A stretch of DNA of 62,929 nucleotides, counting the filler, from Octopus bimaculoides (taxonomy: Eukaryota), in assembly GCF_001194135.2 (NCBI RefSeq). It is 8 parts of 6 records of this genome, joined end to end, with 100 filler letters (N's around TTAATTAATTAA, not from the genome) between each part and the next. Parts side by side here need not be neighbours in the genome. Positions count along the whole stretch, not along the records: positions 1 to 24,002 come from NC_068981.1; positions 24,103 to 40,378 come from NC_068987.1; 6 more parts are not named here. One strand, written 5' to 3'. Each line of letters starts with the position of its first letter. Position 1 is the first letter of the stretch. The notes beneath the pieces were generated by a model. That model saw only the letters and a list, made by a program, of their open reading frames with translations. It did not search any database and had not been told where the DNA came from. Shown piece after piece: positions 11,772-24,286 of the stretch. The position numbers and the translations under genes are program-made.

Positions 11772-12750
11772 AAACATACCTCTCTATCGAAGAGTTTAAT
11801 TCTCTGTTTATCTGTTTGGTTATCTATTTGTGTACATCTGTCTATCTATTTGTCTATCTTAGGTTGCTAGTTATCATCTACCTATCTACCTATTTATCTG
11901 TGCTTCTATTTTGGGCCAACTCATTTGGTTAGAAGATGGCTTTTAGCCAAGTGGAGGCAATTTATCAATTTGAGAATCATGTAGATACAAGAGGGAGTTG
12001 GCGTATAAAGTAGGTGGTCGAGCGTTCAACGATCTGCTAAAACAGTATCGATTAATTTTATAGCTTGACTGGTCTTCCGTACATACGTTGGCGTTAGTCA
12101 GGGAAAGCTAACCACTAAAGGCGAACACAGAGCAACATCGCTGTTAAATGCCTGCTGAAGCAAGGTTTCGCTTGGTTGGCAAATGACAAACGGACGTATC
12201 AAATCAGGGGGAAAAGGGCGAGAATACCAACAGGGAAATAAAGAGCGCGGATAAACAGGATAACAAGTTAAACGAGGAAGGTGAAAGTAGTTTTTAACTA
12301 GACTTATTGACCAGCGTCCGATTGCCCAAGGGAGCAACACACTGCTCAGTAATCAACAATTACAACGATTGGGTGCTTCCATAATTGGTTGAAAATGGCA
12401 GTAGAACAAACGTTTGTTACTTATTTACTATGATAGGGACAAACAACTTATTAGGAAACACTTAGCGGACATAATGATCCGAATCGAGGCTGTGACATCA
12501 TCAAAGCAGCCTGCCACAGCAAGTAGCCATCATGGCGTATCAGTTTAATGTTCTGTAATCACATCAGGGCGTCAAATGGTTGCAGTCCTTTTACACTGAT
12601 GTTATCTTTTATTTTTTATCGTTGTTTTCGTTTTGCTTTGTTTTGTTTGTAACGGAGGAGGGTATTGGTTTATATTATCGTTGCTGCCACTGTTGTTGTT
12701 GTTGTTGTTGTTGTTTATGTTTCTTTTGTTGTTGTTCCTCTTGTGTGCAG

Positions 12751-12840
12751 CGACACTCCCGTGTCTATTCAGTGAAGTATAAATTACAAATGAATTTGAG
12801 TGGACTGGGAATAACAAGAATGCAGTGGGGACGGTGCTTT
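12751..12840 (+). other. Candidate 90-nt exon (unverified)
   Basis: Acceptor TTCCTCTTGTGTGCAG, donor GTAAGG, open frame RHSRVYSVKYKLQMNLSGLGITRMQWGRCF; no protein similarity recognised. Confidence 0.2.
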
Positions 12841-13202
12841 GTAAGGAGCAAAGGTGGAGCATACATATGTACACATGCTAGCGGACATGAACAAACACAC
12901 ACACACACACACACACGTGCACACATACACACGCTCATACAAACACACACGGCCTCAACCAAAGCACACAAAATTAAGGAGAAAAGGACTTGTGTGTATA
13001 CATGCTCACAGAATACGCCTATGTGTATATACATATGTATGTATGTATATATGTATATATGTGTGTATATACACATACAAATATATATATGAGTATGCTT
13101 GCATCTTTTGTAAGTTTGGGTGTAAGTTGTGAGGGCATATATATAGATATATGCATATACATATATATGTATATATATACATATATATATGTACATATAC
13201 AT

Positions 13203-13237
<35 letters not shown>

Positions 13238-13434
13238 CCTGCATATGCATCCTCATAAACATATATCTGCATAGTGTATATGTATATCTACGCACTAATA
13301 TATATGTGTATGCATATGTATGTGTAGAAGCATATGTGTATATGATGTTTGGATTATACACGTACATTATATACTTTAAATAAAAAATATGCTTGTATTC
13401 GCACACAGACCTGTGCATTATGTAGGTATGTATG

Positions 13435-13467
<33 letters not shown>

Positions 13468-14589
13468 NNNNNNNNNNNNNNNNNNNNNNNNNNNNNNNNN
13501 NNNNNNNNNNNNNNNNNNNNNNNNNNNNNNNNNNNNNNNNNNNNNNNNNNNNNNNNNNNNNNNNNNNNNNNNNNNNNNNNNNNNNNNNNNNNNNNNNNNN
13601 NNNNNNNNNNNNNNNNNNNNNNNNNNNNNNNNNNNNNNNNNNNNNNNNNNNNNNNNNNNNNNNNNNNNNNNNNNNNNNNNNNNNNNNNNNNNNNNNNNNN
13701 NNNNNNNNNNNNNNNNNNNNNNNNNNNNNNNNNNNNNNNNNNNNNNNNNNNNNNNNNNNNNNNNNNNNNNNNNNNNNNNNNNNNNNNNNNNNNNNNNNNN
13801 NNNNNNNNNNNNNNNNNNNNNNNNNNNNNNNNNNNNNNNNNNNNNNNNNNNNNNNNNNNNNNNNNNNNNNNNNNNNNNNNNNNNNNNNNNNNNNNNNNNN
13901 NNNNNNNNNNNNNNNNNNNNNNNNNNNNNNNNNNNNNNNNNNNNNNNNNNNNNNNNNNNNNNNNNNNNNNNNNNNNNNNNNNNNNNNNNNNNNNNNNNNN
14001 NNNNNNNNNNNNNNNNNNNNNNNNNNNNNNNNNNNNNNNNNNNNNNNNNNNNNNNNNNNNNNNNNNNNNNNNNNNNNNNNNNNNNNNNNNNNNNNNNNNN
14101 NNNNNNNNNNNNNNNNNNNNNNNATATATATATATATAACTGCTTTGTAAACACAGTCATGTACACTCTAACACCAGCACGCACAGTCAGACACACTTCC
14201 GACACGAGCCAGAAGCACACTGGAGACATCAAGTTTTTACATTGCACACATCACATCAGACAGCATACAGTAGACGCCATGCAGTCACTTTTGTGTGCAC
14301 CACCTCACGGTCAATTGTCCTTGCTGCCGTGCACAGGGACTTAAGGAGTAGTGTAGCGATGATAATTGAAATCTGGTCTATGTTAGGGAGATCAGGACAT
14401 TGGTCTCGTTCGATAATCACAGAAGTTTCATCTTCACGATCGCTTTACAACCGTCATGTCATCAACACGGTCATCACCATCATCATCGCTATCATAATCT
14501 GTATCATCACAAATTGTCAGCATTTATGAGATCCTCCTCCTCATCATCATCATCATCATCATCATCATCGTCATCATCAACGTCGGACA

Positions 14590-14757
14590 AAATGTTGTGT
14601 GGTATGTGTTCCGTGTTTTAAGTTCAAATCGCGCCGAAGCCAACTGTGCCTTTTTTTTCCAGAATCTGTCACTTCTAGTACGAGTGAAGGACTGGAGAGT
14701 AAGTAATCGACTAATCCCCACCTCCATGAAATTTCTGGCCTTACACCTAAACTAGGC
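14590..14757 (+). mobile_element. Degraded family-B SINE
   Basis: AAGTTCAAATCGCGCCGAAGCCAACTGTGCC...AATCGACTAATCCCC...AAATTTCTGGCCTT. Confidence 0.6.
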
Positions 14758-14807
14758 TTCGTCGTCGTTGGCGTCGTTGTCATCGGCGACGGTGTCGTCG
14801 TCGTCGT

Positions 14808-14985
14808 CGCAGAATCGTTAGAGCGTCAAACAAAGTGCTTAGCGTCATATCCTTTGGCTGCTTACATTATAAGTTCAAATCCCATCGAAGTCAACTTTAC
14901 CTTTCATCTCTCCGGACTTGATAGATTAAAGTACTAGTCAATTACAGTAGTCGATGTAATCGAGAAACCCGTCTCCTTGAAACGG
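14808..14985 (+). mobile_element. Degraded family-B SINE
   Basis: GCAGAATCGTTAGAGCG...AAGTTCAAATCCCATCGAAGTCAACTTTACCTTTCATC...GTCGATGTAATCGAG. Confidence 0.75.
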
Positions 14986-17900
14986 TTGTGACAAAATGTT
15001 GAAACTATCACTACTACTACCACCAACACCACCACCAACACCACCACCAACACCACCACCAACACCACTACTACTGCTGTTGCTGCTGCTACTACTACTG
15101 TCATCGTCATAATCATTATTATTATTCAGTAGCTTATTTTTATTGTGTTCCCTCACTATAATACGGAGTGAAGCTCAATGGGCCTTGGAAGTGTTCAATA
15201 TTTAATTTTCTTTTTTCCAAGGTTGTTAGGACGCATTTCATATCATTTCCTGTACCGAATCCATGTATTCTCTGAAGTTGTGTAGCATCTGCTATATAGA
15301 ACATGTGGTCATCTACATTCAAATGGTAACTTCTTGTCCTCTTATAGCATTTGTATCCTGTTTGGTTCGAGATATTGGCGAAAGGTAGCAGCACCAGACA
15401 AAACAAGAATAGAGAGAAGAGTCACATTGAAACATTTCTCTTCTAACAGGGATAAGGTAAATTTTTATATATATCTATTTTTGTATTTACTGAATCAATT
15501 GGTATTTACTCATAACGTGTTTAAAGTGCCTGCATATTATTCGGACTGCATTATTCATGAGAACTCTATTAGAATAGTAAATAAGAAACTCTAATAAAAG
15601 TTTCCTGACAGTCGATTCATATGTTTCTCTCACATTTCTTCCCTTCTTCTTCCTCTTCCTCTTCCTCTTCCTCCCCCTCCAAACACTTAACTCATTTTGG
15701 GCTGTGTCTTTGTAGATCAGTAATTAATCTCTATAGTTATACGGGTCTTTGTATCATCTCGTCTGCCCTTATAACAACTTGTTTTTATCGTCAGATGTTT
15801 GCTTGCCTACAGCGATATTATTACATTGAAGGCTTTGTAAGCTGTAGAACACGAGACTGTGGCACCAGTGCTCGAAATCCAGAGGAAAGAAAACTGGTGG
15901 AGTCCAACATAATCGTTTCACTTTCAATCGTTATCAGATTATGGCGAGGTAAGAAATTGGGAAGGCCAAAGCTTTTCTCCTTCAGCACAGACGCAGGTCA
16001 AAGGCTCTGAACACTTCTACCTCATCTTGCGATGACGAGATAAGGACTAAATACAGGTGAGCGGTCATTGAAGAGAGCTAGAGAAGCACAATTACTGAAA
16101 AAATTATCCAAGGTGTTCACAAATAAGATACTAGAAGGCCACCCACCAAAAAAGAAGAAAACCCATACATCCCTAAAAAGGAATGAACTTTTCAATTCTC
16201 CAAAATGAAAACCTCGCCCCAAAAATCTAATAAGACATGCCAGTAAGTAATAAACCTGAGGAGCGGAGTCCGTGGTAATAAAAGTAGAAGACAAGACATT
16301 AGAAGTTTTAGAGAGCTAAAGAATATGTATGTGCATAGCAGCGGCACCGATCCTAATGAAGGAACCGTAATTCATTGTGGATCTTTTACGAAATCCAGCG
16401 GGAGATCAGAGCTGGGTTGTGTGACTTGTGAAGGGAAAGGTTGGTCACTATATTATGCATATAGGGTCGCCAGGAATGATCATCAGAGATTATCAGAATC
16501 AGCGTTTCATAGCAAATTTGAAGGTTAGACCTTGTTTGAGCTGTAACTCTTGATGTCGTTGCTCATTCGCGACTCAATAAATTTCTGGTCAATGATATTC
16601 CAGTCGAAATCATTCCATTTCATTTCTTTCTAGCATAATATATCTAAGATACTTTAATGCCATATTTGAAGACAACAGAGCAGTGACTCTCAATGTTTTC
16701 CATTTCGTTATACACTATAAATCAAATTGAAAAAGTTATTTTGCATGGAAAGTTTTTTTAAAAAGCTATGTTGCAAAAAATAAAAGTTTAGTAAAAACGA
16801 TAGAAAGCCATTGCGTCCTTTGTATTATTAACAATACGTATGTACAGAAAAATATATGATTACCTGTTTTCATGATGCTAAAGCATTAATATGAAATGTT
16901 TAAAAACCATACATGATGTTTTAAAAAATCATATGCGTCAGACCATTTACAAACCGTTGCATTAAAATGTAGTATGAAAAGGGTTTTGTTGCAATTTTTA
17001 GCCTGTTAAACGACCTGGTCGAGGCGCCCTCATTAGATCAACGGTATATGTTGATATCTTAGGGTATGTTCCTGATAAAAACAGTTAAAGATATGCCATG
17101 ATTTTGAGTTTTTGTTTTTCTGACAGACAAATATTTCGTTACATGTGCAGCTCTTTTAATCTTTTATATTTAACGTTCTNNNNNNNNNNNNNNNNNNNNN
17201 NNNNNNNNNNNNNNNNNNNNNNNNNNNNNNNNNNNNNNNNNNNNNNNNNNNNNNNNNNNNNNNNNNNNNNNNNNNNNNNNNNNNNNNNNNNNNNNNNNNN
17301 NNNNNNNNNNNNNNNNNNNNNNNNNNNNNNNNNNNNNNNNNNNNNNNNNNNNNNNNNNNNNNNNNNNNNNNNNNNNNNNNNNNNNNNNNNNNNNNNNNNN
17401 NNNNNNNNNNNNNNNNNNNNNNNNNNNNNNNNNNNNNNNNNNNNNNNNNNNNNNNNNNNNNNNNNNNNNNNNNNNNNNNNNNNNNNNNNNNNNNNNNNNN
17501 NNNNNNNNNNNNNNNNNNNNNNNNNNNNNNNNNNNNNNNNNNNNNNNNNNNNNNNNNNNNNNNNNNNNNNNNNNNNNNNNNNNNNNNNNNNNNNNNNNNN
17601 NNNNNNNNNNNNNNNNNNNNNNNNNNNNNNNNNNNNNNNNNNNNNNNNNNNNNNNNNNNNNNNNNNNNNNNNNNNNNNNNNNNNNNNNNNNNNNNNNNNN
17701 NNNNNNNNNNNNNNNNNNNNNNNNNNNNNNNNNNNNNNNNNNNNNNNNNNNNNNNNNNNNNNNNNNNNNNNNNNNNNNNNNNNNNNNNNNNNNNNNNNNN
17801 NNNNNNNNNNNNNNNNNNNNNNNNNNNNNNNNNNNNNNNNNNNNNNNNNNNNNNNNNNNNNNNNNNNNNNNNNNNNNNNNNNNNNNNNNNNNNNNNNNNN

Positions 17901-18310
17901 NNNNNNNNNNNNNNNNNNNNNNNNNNNNNNNNNNNNNNNNNNNNNNNNNNNNNNNNNNNNNNNNNNNNNNNNNNNNNNNNNNNNNNNNNNNNNNNNNNNN
18001 NNNNNNNNNNNNNNNNNNNNNNNNNNNNNNNNNNNNNNNNNNNNNNNNNNNNNNNNNNNNNNNNNNNNNNNNNNNNNNNNNNNNNNNNNNNNTATAAAAT
18101 AAATTTTAATTTATAATTTTCTCAGAGATATTTTACATGTTTCGGTTCTTGAAAAAAACGAACCTTATCAAAAATACATATTTTTAAAAAATGTAATTAA
18201 AAGAAAAATTCACAATTGTTTCTTACTGGTATCAACATAGTCCACGTGGGAGCGTCTTTTTTGTATGGGTACATAATGGCTGTCTAGTGCGTTAACTTGA
18301 ATCGTTGGCT

Positions 18311-18352
<42 letters not shown>

Positions 18353-18399
18353 ACCTTGTTGGTAATGGTAAACGGGAGTGACCTGCATACATGAGGCGG

Positions 18400-19075
18400 A
18401 TAGTAGCGTGAGAATTGGATAGGAACTTCTAAGAAACTATTCTCAGACTGGAATATGCACCCAGTGAAGTTGAACAATTCTACCGCAAAGATCAACAAAA
18501 GCTATATGGTATAGATATCAGTAAAAGTCCATGCATGACAATAGAAATCTTCAGAGCGTCAGAAATATTGATGACCAAACAAACAACCGGGTAATTATTA
18601 CTTTGAAGGCTATGCTTTTTGCAATGCATGAGCAGAAAATAGCAAAGTACCTGATACACAATCAGGATATCGATGCTGGTAAATCACTTAGGTGTGACAA
18701 CCGATGTACACTCAATTGGAATTAAGACTGAGAATGTTAGCTATGTCATAAGTAGATGCCCGGAAATGTCTTCACGGTAATATTTACCTATGAAACATTA
18801 TGTCGTAGCTACAGCATTATACAACAAAATCCGTAGAATCGATAAATCTGAGGATGCAAATATAAGAAGCTACTGTGATGTAGAAGAAATAATGTCACAT
18901 ATGAAAAAATAATGTCTGGAATGTACCTGTCAAATCTTCAATAAAATGCAGGCTAAACAGACGAGACATAATGATCTGAGGCAGAGAAAAATTATGGACA
19001 TGAAGTTGAAATTACTTCTCATCCGATGCTAACAAAATTTCAAAGATTAATTTCAAATGAAAATATCACAGCCGA
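18400..19075 (+). mobile_element. R4/Dong-like (restriction-like endonuclease) non-LTR retrotransposon fragment
   Basis: Frameshifted KSMH...EG(Y)AFAMHEQKIAKYLIH...CDNRC...ENVSYVISRCPEMSSR*YLPMKHYVVA...WNVPVKSSIKCRLNRRDIMI...VEI, matching the post-RT CCHC knuckle, RHD motif and RLE region. Confidence 0.75.
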
Positions 19076-19348
19076 AACTCATGTGAAATCTGAAATATGA
19101 AATGACATTCATGCCTGCACTCATATGTATGAACATACATATGGACACACATGCATATATGTGCACATATACATGCATGTGTTGACGTTGTCGAAATTCC
19201 AATGAAAGATCCTTGGCTCTAAACTAGGAACTAGATCTCTTTCCATTGGTGAGAAATTCAAAAAATAAGATGGGGAAAATAGAAAATATGTACACACACA
19301 TACACACGCACGCACACACACACACATACTATACATATATCCATACAA

Positions 19349-19390
<42 letters not shown>

Positions 19391-20317
19391 CAAACACATA
19401 TATGCAGATACAACACACACACAAACACCCACGCGTATATATGTATGTATATATATATATATATATATATTTATTTATATNNNNNNNNNNNNNNNNNNNN
19501 NNNNNNNNNNNNNNNNNNNNNNNNNNNNNNNNNNNNNNNNNNNNNNNNNNNNNNNNNNNNNNNNNNNNNNNNNNNNNNNNNNNNNNNNNNNNNNNNNNNN
19601 NNNNNNNNNNNNNNNNNNNNNNNNNNNNNNNNNNNNNNNNNNNNNNNNNNNNNNNNNNNNNNNNNNNNNNNNNNNNNNNNNNNNNNNNNNNNNNNNNNNN
19701 NNNNNNNNNNNNNNNNNNNNNNNNNNNNNNNNNNNNNNNNNNNNNNNNNNNNNNNNNNNNNTATATATATATGTATATCTTAAAATCTGTCAGTATATTG
19801 TTATTTGTATCACTAAATATCCCTGATTAACTTCGTGTCGTTGATAAACAGGTTTGCAAATGTATCATCGCCGACACCTAATCTAACCGAAAGCCAGACA
19901 TGCATACATACATGCACAAAGACAGGGAGAACGGAATTTCTATCAAACAGGCATACACAACGTATCATTGTAAAAGAGGATGCGTTGATGTTAATATCAG
20001 GAAAAAAAAATAGGAATAACTGGGTGTGTATAAACTAAATTGTTATTGTTGTTGTTTAACCCCAAGACTGTTTAGATCCCATATGATCTAGTACATTTCG
20101 GCCATTTCGACTCCTTATAATTTCAAACAATCTCTCTATTTAGTACTACACTATCCGAAGTCTCTTTTTTTTTTAAGGTGTTGAGTTGCAGTTTAAGGGG
20201 AAGTTAACTGCTAGTTTTAAGAGAACGAGTGATTATTTATAGGCACCCTCATTGCCCTTTGAAACTGAGGGTCTAGTTCTTGAGAAATTTTTCTCAGGAA
20301 ATGAAATAACATTTAAA

Positions 20318-20740
20318 TTTGAAATATGTTTAAATTAGAAATGTGTTTAGGTTTGGAATGTGCTTATGTTTGAAAAGTATTTAGAACTGAGATTTGCATG
20401 AATTTGAAATGCGTTTAGTTCTGAAATATGTTTAAATTCGAAATGTGTTTAGATTTTAAATATGTTTAGAGTTGGAATGCGTTTAAATTTGAAATGTATT
20501 TAGATTTCAATATGTTTAGATTAGAAATGTGTTAAGATTTGGAATATAGTTAAATTCGGAATGTGTTTAGATTTGGAGTGTATTTAGAACTAGAGAATGT
20601 CTAAATTTGAATAAGTTTAGATTAAGGATGTGCTTAGATTTAAAATATGTTTTGATTGAGAATATGCTTAGATCTGAAATGTATTTACATTTTGAATATG
20701 ATTAGGGCTGGAATGGGATGAAATTTGAAATGTACTTAGG
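20318..20740 (+). repeat. Degenerate 17-bp minisatellite, about 25 units, consensus TTTGAAATGTGTTTAGA
   Basis: Units read directly, e.g. TTTGAAATATGTTTAAA, TTAGAAATGTGTTTAGG, TTCGAAATGTGTTTAGA, TTTGAAATGTATTTAGA. Confidence 0.9.
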
Positions 20741-20791
20741 TCTAATGTAGAATATTGTTTTAAAAATACCTTTGATGGAAAAAAAGTTGAA

Positions 20792-20861
20792 GGGTGCCCG
20801 TGGGACACGAACCCACATCTTTTGTGTATATGACAGACGTGTTACCTTTATGCACAGTAAC
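20792..20861 (-). pseudogene. tRNA-like pseudogene followed by a T7 terminator-like run
   Basis: Minus strand GTTACTGTGCATAAAGGTAACACGTCTGTCATATACACAAAAGATGTGGGTTCGTGTCCCACGGGCACCC. Perfect T-arm GTGGG/TTCGTGT/CCCAC, poor acceptor and D stems; T7 starts about 6 nt downstream. Isotype not assignable. Confidence 0.45.
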
Positions 20862-21399
20862 ATTTCGAATTTTCTCCATCAATCTTCAGAAGCTTTGTTC
20901 TTGCCAATGAGAAATGCATCGTTTACATCTTAAGAATTTTAGTAACTTCGGAAGATATCAAAGAAATCATTTTTAACGGTGAAATTCGAAATAGACAAGG
21001 CTAGAAATAAGAGCATATGGAAAATTGGATTAATAATATCCTTGGATGGAAAGAAGTCGAAAGCTGCCCGAAATATATTTAGGTTGTAAATATATTTAGA
21101 TCTAACCCACGTTTTGTGATTATTTCATCAACTGTTTGACTGAATTTTAACCACGGGAACTATCTTGCAGTTTAATCCGCAAACAGCAGTTTCAAGAAAG
21201 GATTAGAAACGGGAGTTGGGACTCATCTAGGTTTTATAAGTAGAAGAGCTTGGAATAATGATTTTGTCTGGAGAAATGGTCTGTACCCTCTGAAACAGAG
21301 ATCGACGCGGTTAATGTTTTTCCTTAAACAGTTATGATAAAAAAGAATATGGGTAGTGAGGAAATTTCAGGAGTCTAATGTCATGGGGAGTTACAACTA

Positions 21400-21680
21400 G
21401 GAGTGTGCACTTAATATGAATGATAAGAGAAGTTATGTGTGAGTTGGAATGGCTTTAATGGATCTGGCACGAAACCAGCTAGTTCCAGGGAGCAGAGACC
21501 ATTATAGTAACAGTAGAAACGACAGGAGGAGACAATACATCTTTGGTCTAGTGTTTGCGGTGTGTTGATGAGTGATTTCATGTTAGTTAGTCTGGCAGAC
21601 TTTTTAAGAATGCGATCTAATTGGTCTTTGTGTGTAGTAGCAGTATTGCATTACAAATCTAACTTGATCTTTGTATAGAA
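21400..21680 (-). mobile_element. CR1/L2-group LINE ORF2 C-terminal remnant
   Basis: LYKDQVRFVMQYC...LDRILKKSARL...TPQTLDQRCIVSSCRFYCYYNGLCSLELAGFVPDPL resembles the post-RT LYKAQIRP.LEYC...LDRIQ...FYRYYNG region. Confidence 0.8.
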
Positions 21681-21959
21681 TTAGAAATTACTGGTAACTG
21701 GAATATTTTCTGGGCTGATCGTCAGGAAAACAAACAATTTTAATGCATCGGTATCTATTTCATATTTTCACAATACATTTCATTACTTCATCTTTACAGT
21801 TCCTCTTACTGTTAATAAGTACCCAGAGTGAGATGTATAATCGTTTCAGAGACGTAAAATTCAGCAAGGTGACAGTGATAATAGACATTATTGTATTTTG
21901 CTTGACTTGAAGTAATGCTGGTGAATAGCTGTGTGTGAGGGTGGGAATAGGTTATGGTT

Positions 21960-22440
21960 TAACCATCAACCAAATCTCAAACGCACATACTAATCTTTAA
22001 CCACATCAGCAAAGCTTCCGACTACATAGTCCGCTATCAACTATATACAAAACAATCGACAATTTAAGAAATAACACAAATATTGGCTAGAAAACTACCT
22101 GTTATTTCCCGAATTGCAAACTTCAGGGTAATCTCACCTTTGCTTCTTTTCAACATTTACCTACCTGTAAGAACTTCCCATACCTCTTCAAAATATTCAT
22201 ATAACTATGTTACTTGTGCAGCTGAAATCATATCTACTCCAAACCTACGTAAATCACCTGAAAACCTGGATACTCAGTAACAGGCTTGAAGTAGCACTTA
22301 ACAAATCAAACATACTAGCAACACTACAGAACATTAAATATAGCCAATCCCTACACTTAACATAAAACATACCATAGAGCCATAGAAGAAAATACTAGAA
22401 GTTTCTAGAATTATTCCACAACATCTACATTAAAAGAAAT
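21960..22440 (+). mobile_element. Non-LTR retrotransposon reverse-transcriptase remnant (part 1)
   Basis: Decayed motifs ISKASD (DISKAFD), QG.ISPLLLFNIY, and YVNHLKTWILSNRLEVALNKS. Confidence 0.75.
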
Positions 22441-22473
22441 GGTAAAGCAAGTGAAACAACGAAGAAATATACT

Positions 22474-22640
22474 GAGGCGCAGGAGTGGCTGTGTGGTAAG
22501 TAGCTTGCTTACCAACCACATGGTTCCGGGTTCATTCTCACTGCGTGGCACCTTGGACAAGTGTCTTCTACTATAGCTTCGGTTCGACCAAAGCCTTGTG
22601 AGTGGATTTGGTAGACGGAAACTGAAAGAAGCCCGTCGTA

Positions 22641-22679
<39 letters not shown>

Positions 22680-23070
22680 NNNNNNNNNNNNNNNNNNNNN
22701 NNNNNNNNNNNNNNNNNNNNNNNNNNNNNNNNNNNNNNNNNNNNNNNNNNNNNNNNNNNNNNNNNNNNNNNNNNNNNNNNNNNNNNNNNNNNNNNNNNNN
22801 NNNNNNNNNNNNNNNNNNNNNNNTGTGTGTGTGTGTGTGTGTGTGTTTGTGTATGTTTGTGTGTTTGTATTTGTCCCCCCAACATCGCTTGACAACCGAT
22901 GCTGGTTGTGTTTACGTCCCCGTAACTTAGCGGTTCGGCAAAAGAGACCGATAGAATAAGTACTAGGCTTCCAAAGAATAAGTCCTGGGGTCGATTTGCT
23001 CGACTAAAGGCGGTGCTCCAGCATGGCCGCAGTCAAATGACTGAAATAAGTAAAAGAGTAAAAAGAGAGA
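22474..23070 (+). mobile_element. tRNA-derived SINE family A with internal (TA)n/(TG)n, inserted in a LINE
   Basis: Head GGCGCAGGAGTGGCTGTGTGGTAAGTAGCTTG...GGTTCATTCTCACTGCG, internal microsatellite and gap, 3' half ending CAGTCAAATGACTGAAATAAGTAAAAGAG. Confidence 0.92.
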
Positions 23071-23074
23071 GTGC

Positions 23075-23370
23075 ACACAGATACCACATTCGGTCAACAG
23101 ACGAAGCAACAATAGAGTACAAAGAGTACGTTAGATTCACCGTTGTATTATGCCATTTTCCCTGACCACATAAAACGAAACATAAATACTGTAAATTAAA
23201 GACCTCCATGAACATGCGGGAAGCACGGTTTATTGTTACAGCAAATTATACCTTTCCGAGTCCCTACACGAAAAACCACTTTCATTCACCCAGGGGTATC
23301 TACAACTCCTAATTCTATTACAACAGCATCCCAAAATATCCCACTCACCAAGAACAAACATCAACTGCGC
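23075..23370 (+). mobile_element. Probable continuation of the 21960 LINE (part 2)
   Basis: YKEYVRFT and KIKDLHEH resemble the post-RT LYKQFIRP and KILPLHEH segments; weak. Confidence 0.45.
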
Positions 23371-24046
23371 GCGCGCACACACACACGAATACACGCATAC
23401 ATACACAGAGGAAGAAGGGGAAATAGTGGTAGTTTCAATTGCTTCATTAAGCCTCACAAGGTTGCACAAGAGCAATGTTAAGCGTAGAGAAAGAGCAACA
23501 ATCGCTCTCTGAATGCATCCCTGCTATACCCATTACCAGAATCTGCAGGAGCCATCGAGGAGCGACTAACAGGAAGTAGGTGCCGTAATCTCTCTCAAAT
23601 TACACCTAAATGCCTTAAGTAATGAAGGACTAGTTCCTAGTTCACAGACATGGCTCTTTCCTTGGAATTTCGATGACATCAACTGAGTAGTCATTTTTGT
23701 ATGTATGCCTGTATGCACATATATGCATTATGTACATATCTATGCACATATATATGGGTGCAGGCATGGAAAATATAGACCCTGATATATACAAACTAAA
23801 ACATGTGATTATCAAGATTAGAACGCCTAAACAACGGAAGTCAAAAAAATAGACTAACCAGTGGAGAGAATATATGTCCAGAATGTCGCAAGACAGATAG
23901 ATTTCTGTCTCGTGGGCACAAAATATCCTGAACAACTGACATGTGAATTTTGACTTCCTGCAAACTACATATCAGATATATATATATATATATATATATA
24001 TANNNNNNNNNNNNNNNNNNNNNNNNNNNNNNNNNNNNNNNNNNNN

Positions 24047-24058
24047 TTAATTAATTAA
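24047..24058. other. Artificial scaffold spacer TTAATTAATTAA (first of seven)
   Basis: Flanked here by exactly 44 N on each side (100 bp total). The same 12-mer inside N runs recurs at 40423, 42609, 49450, 54424, 56760 and 59735. Confidence 0.97.
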
Positions 24059-24118
24059 NNNNNNNNNNNNNNNNNNNNNNNNNNNNNNNNNNNNNNNNNN
24101 NNTAAATATATGAGAAAT

Positions 24119-24286
24119 GTCTTTTACTTCCCTGACACAGGTACGTCGAAAGTCCATAAGTAAGCAGCCTTCCACAGGTCAAGTTAACATACATCTTGAA
24201 AAAAGTCTTTTACTCCCCTCACACAGGTACGTTCAAAGTTCATAATAGATAACAGATATCACCGGTCAAATTCAACATTCACATAT
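24119..24286 (+). repeat. Two-copy diverged direct repeat, about 87-bp period
   Basis: GTCTTTTACTTCCCTGACACAGGTACGTCGAAAGTCCATAA vs GTCTTTTACTCCCCTCACACAGGTACGTTCAAAGTTCATAA. Confidence 0.8.

Noticed and set aside
15860-16530. Weak LINE-like peptides (VIKVEDKTLEVLE, RVARNDHQRLS) and the 67-aa ORF at 16325
   Set aside because: Resemblance too faint to call by eye; would need a profile search.
20318-20740. Regular short repeats as a possible CRISPR array
   Set aside because: Contiguous 17-mers with no unique spacers, no cas genes, eukaryotic context.
21690-21732. Minus-strand CTGACGA-TCAGCCCA-GAAA-ATAT-TC hammerhead-like string
   Set aside because: Helix I and helix II do not pair; likely a chance match beside LINE sequence.
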